Part shown: piece by piece, positions 1 to 59,837 of the stretch
Layout of the letters: every line of letters starts with the position of its first letter
How positions within the stretch are numbered: the stretch's first letter is position 1
Source: the human T2T-CHM13v2.0 reference genome, Homo sapiens
Direction: 5' to 3' (one strand)
NCBI RefSeq assembly: GCF_009914755.1
Contig: NC_060925.1
DNA length: 64,000 nt
Notes under the pieces: model-generated
Told to the model about the DNA's origin: nothing
Database searches by the model: none
The model's input: only the letters and a program-made list of their open reading frames with translations
Made by a program: the position numbers and the translations under genes

Positions 1-211
1 GGCCTTTGCCCTCTGTGAGATTTACAGTATAGTGGGGAGACAGACTATCAACAAGTATCAGAGAAATAAATATGTAACTACAAACCTTGCAAGTGCTACT
101 AAGTAGTGGATCAGGGTGCTGGAACACAGAAGCCAGTGGGAGAAGAGAGAGGGTGTATTTTATTTTATTTATTTATTTTTTTGGAAGCGGAGTTTCACTC
201 TTGTCACCTAG

Positions 212-331
<120 letters not shown>

Positions 332-691
332 TAGAGGATATATTTTAGACAAGATGAGATGGTTGAGGAAGGCCTCTTTGAAGTGATTATTTTGAAGCTG
401 AAATTTGAAGGATGAGAAGGAACCGGTGGGGGCAAATGGAGAAAGGGGTTTTCCATGGCGGCGGGGCGGGGGCAGAAATAATATATGCCAAGGCTCTGAG
501 GAAGAAAAAGCTTGGTGCCAAGGAGACAAAGAGCTGCAATGAGGCTGAGTGCCTGGAGTGCAGGGTCGTGGCCCATAGTGAAGATAGGGGACCTGAGCAG
601 GATCTTGTAATGTGGTGGGTTTACCCAGGGGATGGACATGATCCAACTGATGGTTTAGGTCCCTCCCGCTGCTGGGTAAAGAATAGATGGT

Positions 692-999
<308 letters not shown>

Positions 1000-2209
1000 G
1001 AACAGATGGTAGGTACAGGCAGAACTACTGCGGGCTTAGGAAGAATCTAGGTGGTAGGTGATGGACTAGCATGTTGGCAGTGAAGACGAAGAGAGGGGGA
1101 CGGCTTGGAGATGCATTTTGGAGAAGAGCCAGCAGAGTGGAACGGCAAAACAGCCGTGGAGAGGGCGGCTTCTAGTGTCGAGGAGTCTGGCTTGAGCAGT
1201 TGGGTAGATGGTAGCGCCACTAACTGAGACTACGGAAGAAATAGGTTTGAAGTAGGGGGAAATTCAAGCTTTCTGTTTTGACAGGCTAAATTTGAGAAGC
1301 CAGTTAATCATTAAAATCCATAGTCAGACAGTTGGAGCTGTTCATCGAGCACACTTCCTGTGTGCTGGAACAGCATTCATGCCTCATGGACACCATCTCC
1401 TTTTATCATTGTGACAACCTAGAAAGAAGGTAGGATCAACAGGCTGTTTTACAGATGAGGGAACTGGGCCGTAGCAAGGTGTGTTCCTTTTCCACTCTGC
1501 TGTGGGGCCAGGAGGCTGACGGCTTTGCACAGTGGCGTCTGTAGGGTTTGGAGAGTGGCACCCATAGGAGATGAGATGGAGAGGGTGAGGTTGAGCATTT
1601 ACCTCCCCAGTTGCCATTCTAGGGACCATTCTCTCCCTATCCCTTGGACCTTACAGGGGTAACAAAGCCCACTGTTATTAGATCTGGGGTAATGCACTAT
1701 CCGTTGTGGTTTACCAACACCCTGCCCATTCCTTTGTATAATCCTGTTATGAAACACCTTCAAATTATCCCATTTAAGAGAATTCTTTATTTCCTGAAGA
1801 AACCCTACCGAATACACTTGTCTGATGCAAAAAGTCTTGTCAGGAGTGGAGCTGGGATTCAGGCCCAGATAGTGGAGCTCCAGAGCCCGAGCTGTAACCA
1901 CTAAGCTCCATGCCTGCCCCTTGGGACTGTTTCAGTGGGTGGGAAAGGGAGAAGTCTCTGACTCTGGAGTTGGAAAAGAAAGAGAGAGATAGTAGAGAGG
2001 ACTTCCGGAGGGAAATGAGCATGGGGCCTCATCTTTCTGTATATAGAAGACACAACAAATAAAGAGAGACAAAATTTGTACCCACAGAGAATGTGGCAGA
2101 CTTCAGGGACTGGGGATTCAGGCCTTGTGCTTGTGGTGTTGGCAGAGACATGGGACTTTAAGGATGGTCTGGCATTACTTTGTTTTTGATACAGGGCCTT
2201 CCTCTGTAG

Positions 2210-2560
<351 letters not shown>

Positions 2561-3251
2561 TAGCAGGAGGTGGGGGGCAGTTCTCCAAAGCAGCCCGTGT
2601 CCTGTCCAGCTAAGGGACAGACACTTTGACCTGAAATCAGGCCAGTTTCCTCAGCAGTCTGGCTGACCCTGGTCCACAAGTGACCACATGAAGCATGGTC
2701 TGCACTTTGTCACAGGATCATCCCTGAGCAAGAGGCCTGTGGGTGAGAAACAGAAGCCCAGCATCCAAACACAACACTCAGCTTTGTCAGTTGAGAGCCC
2801 TCCCTCCTGCCACAAACACACATGCTCCAACAGCCACACTCACACATGCACAGACACAAACGCAGGTGGCTTTTCATTCCACAGGCATGGACTGAACCCC
2901 CATATGGGCCGTGCCCCGACGCATGCCAGACTGGAGGAGGTGAGGCCACTGGGCCCAGGTCTCTGCTCAGTGTGGGGATGGAGACAGGAGCGAGGCCAGT
3001 CAGGTTTAATAAAGGAAGTCGGGGGGCACTGACAGAACTGTGCTCAGCACACAGAGGGACACCAGGAGAGACAGAGCATTGTGAGTGAGGGCAGAAGGAG
3101 GTCAGGGCAGCTTAACAGACGAGGTGCCCCCTGGTCAGACACATACACACACGTAAACATACACAAAGCTCCCCACCATTCCACACACACACACAAATAC
3201 GTACTCCACTCTAACACTCACACAATATCCACACTCACACATGCAGATTTA

Positions 3252-3689
<438 letters not shown>

Positions 3690-3754
3690 TGATCCGCCCA
3701 CCTTGGCCTCCCAAAGCTCTGGGATTACAGGCGTGAGCCACTGCACCCAGCCGT

Positions 3755-3811
3755 GTTTTGTCCAATTCTTTGTTCAAGATGCCAAGAACCTGGACACCCT
3801 CCACCGGTGAC
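3755..3811 (+). mobile_element. MER4-group ERV1 LTR 3' terminal fragment (subfamily not assigned)
   Basis: CCAATTCTTTGTTCAAGATGCCAAGAACCTGGACACCCTCCACCGGTGACA, ending in CA. Confidence 0.5.
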
Positions 3812-3880
3812 AGTACCTTATATACACGGAATCATACAGTATCTGTCCTTTTGAGTCTGGCTTATTTCACTTAGCATAAT

Positions 3881-4234
3881 TGTCAGAGGTGCGTGAACCA
3901 GAGCAACTCCATCTTGAATAGGGACTGGGTAGAATAAGGCTGAGACCTACTGGACTGCATTTCCAGTTGGTTTAGGCATTCTAAGTCACAGGATGAGATA
4001 GGAGATTGGCTCAAGATACAGGTCATAAAGACCTTGCTGATAAAACAGATTGCAGTAAAGAAACTGGCCAAAACCTACCAAAACCAAGATGGCAACAAGA
4101 GTGACCTCTGGTGGTCTTCAACGCTATACTCCTACCACATGCTGTGTCGACATCAGGGAGTTAACTGTATATGGTCTACAAAGCAGAGGCATGAATAATC
4201 CAACCCTTGTTTAGCTTATAATCAATAAATAACT
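3881..4234 (+). mobile_element. MER41 LTR 5' part (MER41A-like, lacks the GAS-bearing segment)
   Basis: Starts TGTCAGAGGTGCGTGAACCAGAGCAACTCCATCTTGAATAGG; aligns by eye to the copy at 62529. Confidence 0.85.
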
Positions 4235-4907
4235 GCCTGGGCCAAGTGGCTCGTACTTGTAATCCCAGCACTTTCAGAGGTCGAGGTGGCTGGATCACTT
4301 GAGGTCAGGAGTTCGAGACCAGGCTGGCCAATCTGGAGAAACCCCCTCTCTACTAAAAACACAAAAATTAGCTGGGCATGCTGGCAGGCACCTGTAATCC
4401 AGGAGAATCACTTGAACCCGGGAAGCGAGGTTGCAGCCTCCCACGTAGCTGGAATTAAGGCGCGGACCAGCACACCTGGGTAATTTTTGTATTTTTAGTA
4501 GAGAAGGGGTTTTGCCATGTTGACCAGGCTGGTCTCAGATTCCTGACCGCAGGTGATCCGCCCAAAGTGCTGGAATTACAAGTGTGAGACTCATCTTTTT
4601 TTTTTTTTTTTTTTGAGACGGAGTCTTGCTCTGTCTCCCCAGCTAGAGTGCAGTGGTTCGCTGGATCTCAGCTCACTGCAACCTCTGCCTTACGAGTTCA
4701 AGCGATTCTCCCGCCTCAGCCCTCCTGAGTGGCTGGGATTACAGGCGCGCGCCACCACGCCCGACTAATTTTTTTTTTTTGTATTTTTAGTAGAGACGGG
4801 GTTTCACCACATTGGTCAGGCTGGTCTCGAACTCCTGACCTCATGATCCACCCGCCTCGGCCTCCCAAAGTGCTGGGATTACAGGCGTGAGCCACCGTGC
4901 CCGGCCC
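4235..4907. mobile_element. Alu cluster (+ Alu fused to - Alu, then another - Alu)
   Basis: Alu consensus motifs in both orientations. Confidence 0.85.
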
Positions 4908-5179
4908 AAGACTCATCTTTCTTAAGCCCTTAAAGCACTTTGCACACATTACCTCATGGTATTACCACCCTCATTCAACAGATGAGGAAAGCTAGTTTCA
5001 AGCAAGTTCACTGAGGATCAGAGACGTTAAATGATTTGCCTAAAGTTAGAGAACTAATAAGTGAGAAAGCTAGTCCTGCTGCGTTTTACTAACGTGCCAA
5101 TCAGCTGCCCAGGAAGATAATGAAAACTTGAGTAAGACAGGCAGCCAAAGCCACAGCGGGGACGTTCCCAGCCTGGCTC

Positions 5180-5430
5180 GCTTCCGGCACTGACGCCTCC
5201 AGCCGCGACCTCTAGACTTCAGCCCTTCCATTGGTCGTCCGTCACAGTGCCACAGTGCGCCATGCTCACACGACGGCCAGCAGCCAATCAGCGCGGCTCA
5301 TCTTCGCCCAGCCAGGACACGCAGGATCGCGTTATCTGTCCCTCCCGCGGGCACATTGGGAGTTGTAGTCTAATTATATATTTCCGCCCTTAGTGTGGGG
5401 AGAGCGGGAACTACTCGACCCACAGAGCCG
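5180..5430 (+). promoter_or_regulatory. FDPS: FDPS proximal promoter (SREBP/NF-Y module, ZNF143-like sites, TATA-like element)
   Basis: CpG-rich. ATTGG 5230-5234, SRE-3-like CTCACACGAC 5265-5274, CCAAT 5284-5288, ATTGG 5355-5359, ACTACAACTCCCAATGTGC on - at 5351-5369, AT-rich TAATTATATATTT 5371-5383. Confidence 0.8.
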
Positions 5431-5505
5431 ATCGCGGAGCGGATTCTGCTTTTAGGAGTACCCGCCAACAAGCGGGACCGAGCAGGAATCCGTATCTGGG
5501 AACAG
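5401..5505 (+). other. FDPS: FDPS non-coding first exon (start approximate; alternative donor after 5616)
   Basis: Donor AACAG|GTGAGA at 5505/5506; second donor TTGAAG|GTCGGT at 5616/5617. Confidence 0.7.
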
Positions 5506-6329
5506 GTGAGAGAGGATGTGTGCTGGGCCTTGGAGGAAGGGGGCCGAGACCGGGCCTTACTTCTGTAACGATACTGTGAGGCATCGGAAGGCCAGCCTGT
5601 TGTGTCCGTTTTGAAGGTCGGTGGGCTAGACTGGCTGGCCTTCTAGGGGTGTGGAGACTTCCCAACTCTGCCCTTGTGCTTTCCTGGAATCCCCAATATG
5701 CCCGGACCCCGGTTTACTCCTTTGCTGCGAGCCCTTCTCTCCCGTCCAGAGTTGCTCCGAGCCTATCTGCTCAGTCCTAGCGATTCCTGTGGGGCTTGGG
5801 ACGCGCGGTTCAAGCACCCCGGACCATATGGATGCAGCACCCATGGGTTCTCGCTCCAATGCTTCTTTCCTCCTTGGGGCGTAACTCAGACCCTGGGCAC
5901 CCCTCTCCACTGCCCAGGGGAGACCTGGGTTCTAGATTTGGCTCTGCCTCTACTATCTTCCTACCTCCTAGAGCCTCAGTTTGGCTTGTGTAAAATAGGA
6001 TGACTTAAGGGTCCTTTCAGCCCCTAATCCTGGGGTACTTTACTCTGTACCGCCTCCTTACCCAGCCTTGTGCACGCCATCTTGAAGGCACTGAGTTCTA
6101 GCCTGTTTATTGTAAGTGGTGATTAGTTGGGTCTCAGTCACCCAGCCATACTTTTTTGTTCCCTGCGTATCCTTCCTGTAATTGTCCCCAAGCACATTCC
6201 ACAAGAGGGAGGGGCACTCTGGGCTAAGGCTGGGGTGGGAGTTATCTGGGGAGCTGCCACCATGCCTCTGCCTTTGGTGCTTGCCCCTGCAGGGAGTGCT
6301 TAGTGCCCCCTCCCTATGCCACTCCCAGG

Positions 6330-17149
<10,820 letters not shown>

Positions 17150-17184
17150 CCTAGAGATTGCAAGGGCGGGGAGAGGAGGCTCTC

Positions 17185-17190
17185 AATAAA
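17185..17190 (+). terminator. FDPS: FDPS polyadenylation signal AATAAA
   Basis: 35 nt after the stop, followed by a T/GT-rich downstream element (~17204-17225). Confidence 0.88.
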
Positions 17191-17317
17191 TAATCGTGTA
17201 ACCTTCTTGTGGTTCTGTTCTTGCTCGGCCCAGCCAGAGTCTGGCTCTTTCCAGAATGTGCAGGGTGGGGTGCTGGGAGGACTCGCTGCACGGAACCAGG
17301 ACCCAGGGGCCAAAAGC

Positions 17318-18028
17318 TTAGGATATATCAAACCCTCTAGGTGGGTGACAAAAGACGCTAAACGCTGGGGGCGGGTCTGAGCTACGCCACGCCCATGCGC
17401 GAAGGGGTGCAGCTGCGCAGCGCAGGGTAGGTTGTGCTAGTGCCCCTCCCCTCCCGCTCTGTGCCCCGCCGGGCGGGGACCGTGGGAGCCGCGGACAAGC
17501 CCAAGGCCGGAGCGGTTCCAGGAGGACCCTGGTGAGGAGGGCTCGGCCCATGGGTGTAGACCGATGGACCTGGGCACGAGGGGCGGGGCAGGACAAGGGA
17601 GCAGGAGAAATGAATAGAGAAAGGGTGCGGTGGTGGCTGAACGATGGAGACGAATGCGGAGAGAATGGACATACCGCTGTTCCGAGGGGCGAGGGCGCAG
17701 GCTGGAGCCCGGCCGAGGCAGCCAGCAGATGCGGAGTTGACAAGCTGACGGCTGCTCCATCCTTTTCCTCTCCAGCCCCCACCCCTTTCCTGCATTCACC
17801 AGACAAACTCTGCGTATTGCCCCACCCCCATCCTCCACCTCCTTTCAGGGCATCTGGGTGGGTCTCCCTGGGTCCCTTCCTCTGGGAGTAAGGGGTAGGC
17901 TGGAGGGCAGGGCCAGATTGCGGCAGCAGGGACCTGGAGGTCCATTCTGGGCCCGGACCTCTTCCAGGCCCCCGCCCCCCTTCGGAGATCCAGAGCGCAG
18001 CCGCGTTCTCTGACCCTCCCGGCTCCAT
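17318..18028 (-). ncRNA. RUSC1-AS1: RUSC1 antisense RNA 1 (C1orf104) exon containing a putative 236-aa ORF MEPGGSENAAAL...FDIS
   Basis: ATG at 18028, ORF recognised as the putative RUSC1-AS1 product; candidate - strand acceptor TTTGCAG| just before 18054. Coding status doubtful. Confidence 0.7.
17360..17531 (+). promoter_or_regulatory. RUSC1: RUSC1 distal CpG promoter and non-coding first exon (start approximate)
   Basis: GC boxes (GGGGCGGG, GCCACGCCC), NRF1-like GCCCATGCGC; donor CCCTG|GTGAGG at 17531/17532; next acceptor TTCTAG|G at 18227/18228. Confidence 0.65.
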
Positions 18029-18313
18029 TCCCGGGGGGTTACATTCGACTCCATCTGCAAACACTGCAGTGGAAACTAATGGTCAGTCGATTGCGATTTG
18101 CATCTCATTGAAATATCTTCCAAAGCAGCCAGAGCCTTCAGGCCTGCTGCTGCCGTCAAGTCACCTCGGTGTCCTTCCCCGCAGCTCTTGTCCTCACTGG
18201 CCGGGCTTCACCACCTCTGTCTTCTAGGTCTGCACCTGTGGTTGCCAGGTAGGTGGATGTGAGAGACCCTACCCTTCTGGTTCTCTAGAAGCCATCCCAT
18301 CGCCGCTAGCATC

Positions 18314-27111
<8,798 letters not shown>

Positions 27112-27634
27112 CCCTGGGACCCTTTCCTGCGTATGTGTCTCCTTCCTGTCACCTGGGAATGGAATGGCCAGTGAACACCATCCCAGAAGCATTTTCCCTC
27201 TGCAAAATGACGTTTCTTCCCACGTCTGTTTCTGCTAATATTTAAAATAAACTTTCCTTCTTCCCTCCTATACCCACCTGTAAGGTGAAATCTGCTCTTC
27301 TTCCAAATATATAAAAAAGGAATTGCCCTCCAGGTAATCCCTTTCCTTTTTCCCGTCTATATAAGGGAATGTCTTCCTTCCTATCTATCTGCAAAATGGA
27401 AATCTAGACCTCCTTCTTCATCCATAAGTGGACTGTGCCAGTACAATACATGCCTCAGCCCCCAAGCCTAGAAGGACCTCTAGTCTCCTTCCTGTGTGGA
27501 ATCTTCCCCACTCCATCCCTCCCAAGTTGCCTGTATTGATAATGTACTCACTCATGCTGTACTAGGTGCTGAAGCCTGGACACCCTTGGTGGGTGGGCCT
27601 GTGGTGATGGTTTGCATCCTTCCTCCTTTGTCCC

Positions 27635-27640
27635 AATAAA
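27635..27640 (+). terminator. RUSC1: RUSC1 polyadenylation signal AATAAA (proximal alternative at 27246-27251)
   Basis: AATAAA followed by GT-rich TGTGTGTCTTT. Confidence 0.75.
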
Positions 27641-27955
27641 GTATGGGAGTTGAATGTGTGTCTTTCACTGTGGGTTTCTGGACATAGGCTATGGGGGAGG
27701 GGAAAAAGGACCTCCTATGGGAGGCATAAGGCAGATGTTTCTTCCTAGCCCAGGTTTAGTGCTTAATGCTCCCTGAAGAATAGAGAAGTAGTCCCTCATT
27801 GCTTCCTGAATCTCACAAGTGCTTCTCTAGTCTATGACTTTCTCTGTTTAGTTAGACTAATAGGATAGGAGCCTGCATAAATATGGGGGAGGAGAGAAGA
27901 CTTAGCCCTTGAAATTGTACTTCATATCTGAGGTGAAGGGAAGGATTAAAGATTT

Positions 27956-31550
<3,595 letters not shown>

Positions 31551-31815
31551 AGCAACTGGACATTTGGTGTGTGTTATTACTGTGCTGATTGATTAGGCTG
31601 AGTCCAGACTAGAAAGATCCTAGTACTGAAGAAATGACTTTATCCAGTAGTCAACGGCAGTGAGTGTGCTCATGTGCAGCCTAGCATGTTTATGATGTTG
31701 TTTCAGAAAGATCCCCTTGGAAACAGGATGAGGTTGTCTTGGAAGATAAATGGGGGATAAGAAGGAGGAAAAAATAGCAAGCTCATCAGTCCACAGTTAG
31801 GAAAAGTTTTTTCCA

Positions 31816-31821
31816 TTTAAT
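31816..31821 (-). terminator. ASH1L: ASH1L distal polyadenylation signal ATTAAA
   Basis: TTTAAT on + at the end of a long, Alu-free, AU-rich 3'UTR. Confidence 0.65.
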
Positions 31822-32863
31822 ACTAGACTTTCAAGGATTGAGATGCAAGCTTTGTATGCAATTACATCCAATGTTAAAATTGGTAATACATAATTTACAA
31901 AGATTAACATCAAAACAATCATCTATTTAGATATGCTTTTGTAAAAAGGAAATATATTAGCAGCATTTATATTTTCCGCAATCACACAGCCTACAGACAT
32001 GCAGACTAACTCTGTATCTATTTGCAGTGATGTAGTGCTTTGCCCCGCATTTCAAACACCAAAACCCGCCTGGCAGCTGGGGGGTTCTTTTTATTTCGTT
32101 ATTATAAAATAACTGAAAAATAAAAAAAGGCATTAATTTCTACACCAGTAAGAAAAAACAAGTTTTTGCACTTACCTAACATTTGATTGTCTAAAAAACA
32201 TTTCAGTTTTTTTTTAGTCTTTCAACAAAAGAAAGATAAAATGACAGAGCGTAGTGTCTTTTGCTTCTGTTCTCGCATTTTACAAAGTTTTTTTTTCTTT
32301 TTCATCTTTTTTAAAATTTTAGTGTTTAACACTATAAAGGAAACATTGAATTTTAATCTCTTTCTTGTCATTTTCTCGCTTTTGACTAAAAGGAGACCCC
32401 CAAAGTGCCCCTAGTCCCACCTCCCTCCCACCCACTCCCTGCAATGAAAAACAAAAGAAACCACTCAAACGGGCTTGGACATGCGATTTTTCCAGCTCCA
32501 CATGTGAGTATCTTATACCCAGGTCTCTTAGTAATGTACAGTGCTTCTCTACAGTAAGAAAATACTCCAAACTATTTTCTTAATTCTCTTTTTTCTTTAA
32601 TAAAATATTTATTTTGCTTTTTCTCTGCTCAAGGGGATCATTGGCATCCCCTCTCTCTTTTGTTTTTTCCTCAAGAATGACACAGAAAGGGGAAAAAGGA
32701 AAAAATATTTAATGGAATGGAAGGTGGTCAATGTGTCTACCTAAACGAGTCAGAGCATCGTCACCATAAGGGGAAATGTACAATTAGGACAGCATTGGTC
32801 CAATATTAGAAAAAAGTAATGGGGACATGTTTACTATTGTATTGCTTACCAATCACACAGCAG

Positions 32864-32952
32864 GTGTGTGTGTGTGTGTGTATATATATACACACACACA
32901 CACATATATATATACACACACATACACACATATATATACACACACACACACA
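32864..32952. repeat. Compound (GT)/(TA)/(CA) microsatellite in ASH1L 3'UTR
   Basis: Direct reading. Confidence 0.9.
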
Positions 32953-34192
32953 ACTTGGCACATTTAAAAACCATCTTTTCTCTTATAAGAACATCTAAAA
33001 CATATATGCATATGTATGTCTGAAAAGACAACAAAGCTTTTTAAATTTTATTTTTAAAGAGACAGTATAGTCTGTTAACTTCTGGTCAAGAGAGTAGGAA
33101 GGAAGGAGACACCCTGGATATACCTCCTGATGTCATTCAGGAGGGTGAGGGAAGATGGGCTAGGGGTGAAGAGAAATATACTGTCTCTTTAAGAAAGGGA
33201 CATTGAAAACTGTACAATTAAGAAAACAAGAGTAGTGTTTTCAATTGATAATCTATACTCACAACAAATACTCTGATAGGTGAATACTGCTGAACAGTTT
33301 ATGTAGTGACTTTTGTTGCAGGGGTGGGTTTAGAGTTCTTTTTATGTAGGTTTTTAAATGATTTTATTTTGAACTGAATCTCCATTTGCACAGCACAGCA
33401 GACACACAAGAACTACAGCGCATTAAAAACAGCATGTGTGCTGGCGGGGGCCTGGCTTTCTCATTAGAAAAAAATATGTTTGACAGGTTATGAAGGGTAA
33501 AACAAAAATAATTGCAAGAACTACCGTGCCCTTCTGACCCCATGGGGGCCTTCCCTATCCCATGATTCCATTTTGGGGAGTAGAGGTAGGGAGGGGGCAG
33601 CAGTTACAAGTGCTTTGAGCTGTCAACTCACATTTTACTTTGACCTGGTTGGGCAAGAAAGGAGAGACAAACTTCCCTAGTCAGGTATCTAGGAAGAAGC
33701 CTCAGCTACTGTTTCTGTTTAAGGTCTCTGGGGTAGCTCTTGGAGCCAACAGAGAATAGATGGGGTAGGAATAGGGATCCTGGCCCTATCCCTTTGGATT
33801 TTGAGTTATACCTGGGTATAGGAAGCAGCTTCTTCGCAATGCCTGTGGGATCTGAGGATGACAGAAAAACCTAAGCTGTGGGGTGGGGCAAATGCTATAA
33901 AGTACCAGTAGGTTCTGGTCATCAATGTGGTCCTCCCTCCTCTCTACATTATTAACCCTTAAGGTGAAGCAATGGAGAAGAAAATTAATTAACCTGAACT
34001 GTCTTGGACAGAACCCTTTCCTCTCCCTCTCCACTAGCTCCAAGGCTTATTAAGTACCTAATGTCAACAACATGGCCCCATTCCCCTTGCCCAGATGGAC
34101 CCTTCCCACCCCTGTCTATACCCAGAGAGCAGGAGGCAGGACTGATTAGCTCCACTGGATCCCAGATGCTTGAGGTTCTCATTCTTTGAGGG

Positions 34193-57111
<22,919 letters not shown>

Positions 57112-57795
57112 TAGCTGGGACTACAGGTGTAAGCCACCACGCCTGGCTAATTTTTGTATTTTTAGTAGAGATGGGGTTTCACCATGTTGGCCAGGCTGGT
57201 CTTGAACTCCTGACCTCAGGTGATCTGCCCGCCTCGGCCTCCCAAGTGCTAGAATTATAGGTATGAGCCACCACGCCTGGCCTCCACTTTTAATCTCTTT
57301 TCTATCCTTGGCAGCCTGTATAATACTGCCAGAGTAAGAATCCTAAATAATTTTTCTTGAAAACATGTTCTATGTTGTCAATTAGGCTTCAACTTTTCCT
57401 GCTTGGTATTCAAAGTCCTAAAATATGGCTTGCCTGTATTCCCCGCACTTTGGGAGGTTGAGGTGGGAGGATCACCTGAGGCCAAGAGTTCAAGACCAGA
57501 CCAGGCGCCGTAGCTCACGCCTGTAATCCCAGCACTTTGGGAGTCCGAGGCAGGTGGATCACCTGAGGTCGGGAGTTTGAGACCAGCGTGGCCAACAGGG
57601 CAAAACCGTCTCTACTAAAAATATAAAAATTAGCCAGGCGAGGCCACATGCAGTGGCTCACACCTGTAATCCCAGCATTTTGGGAGGCCGAGGAGGGCAG
57701 ATCATGAGGTCAGGAGTTCAAGACCAGCCAGGCCAACATAGTGAAACCCCGTCTCTACTAAAAATACAAAAATTAAGGCCGGGTATGGTGGCTCA

Positions 57796-58437
<642 letters not shown>

Positions 58438-58605
58438 TTAGTTCACTTATTAAATGAGTTAAAATTACTTTTTATGGCTTACCTATACAAATCTTCCAGT
58501 TCTACCAATCTCTATCACATGAGTGCCTCTCTTGTTCTATTATATGTAAGGTAATGATCATTTAGGATTTTAGGTGTTTTTTTGTTTATTGTTTTTGAGA
58601 CATAG

Positions 58606-58701
<96 letters not shown>

Positions 58702-59544
58702 TGAGTAGCTGGAATATAGGCACGTGCCACCACGCCCAGCTACTTTTTCATATTTTTAGTAGAGACAGGGTTTCATCATGTTGGCCAGTACGGTCTCAAT
58801 CTCCTGAGCTCGTGATCCGCCCGCCTTGGCCTCCCAAAGTGCTGAGATTACAGGCATGAGCCACCGTGCTTGACTTTGTTTTAGGTGTTCAGGAGTTTGT
58901 GACTCGCCTGGGCAACATAGTGAGACCTTATCTTAATATATTAAAAAAAAAAAAAGAATATAGTCATTATCATTATAGCTAACATTTACTGAATGCTTTT
59001 TATAACATTTTATATTATTTCATCCTCCTAACAATTATATAAAAATATGTAATATTATTAGTTATTATAACCCTCATACTACAAATAAGGCAACTGAGGC
59101 ACACAGGGAGCCACTTGCCCAAAGTTACACAGCTGATAACTTAGGGAATCAAGTTTCAAATTGACATTGTGGCTTCAAAATCTTAACTACCATGCCATAC
59201 TGATAACAAGTTATATCATCAATTCTCAAAACAATCCTATAGAAAAAACCCCAATCCTGTAAGATAGGCATTATGATATCTATTTTATATATGAAGTATA
59301 TACGCCTCAGAGTTTGTTTAGTTATATAGCAATTAAGTGGCATTCAAACCCAGGGGATTAAAACCCAGGCTGTTTGACTCAGCCTTTTTCTTCTTGTCTC
59401 CTTACCAATGTGGAACACATTAAGGGTTAGCTTAGATACTGCCCTATTACATGTAACCTTGCCTAAAATTTTTAATTTTTAGTATTTTTCCATCCTGAAT
59501 TCAGAAAGCATTTAAAAATTTTTATTTATTTATTTATTTTTTGA

Positions 59545-59837
<293 letters not shown>

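Larger units (their letters stand above)
31795..34192 (-). other. ASH1L: ASH1L 3'UTR (~2.4 kb; 3' end approximate)
   Basis: Alu-free AT-rich stretch between the stop codon and ATTAAA, in an otherwise Alu-saturated region. Confidence 0.8.
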
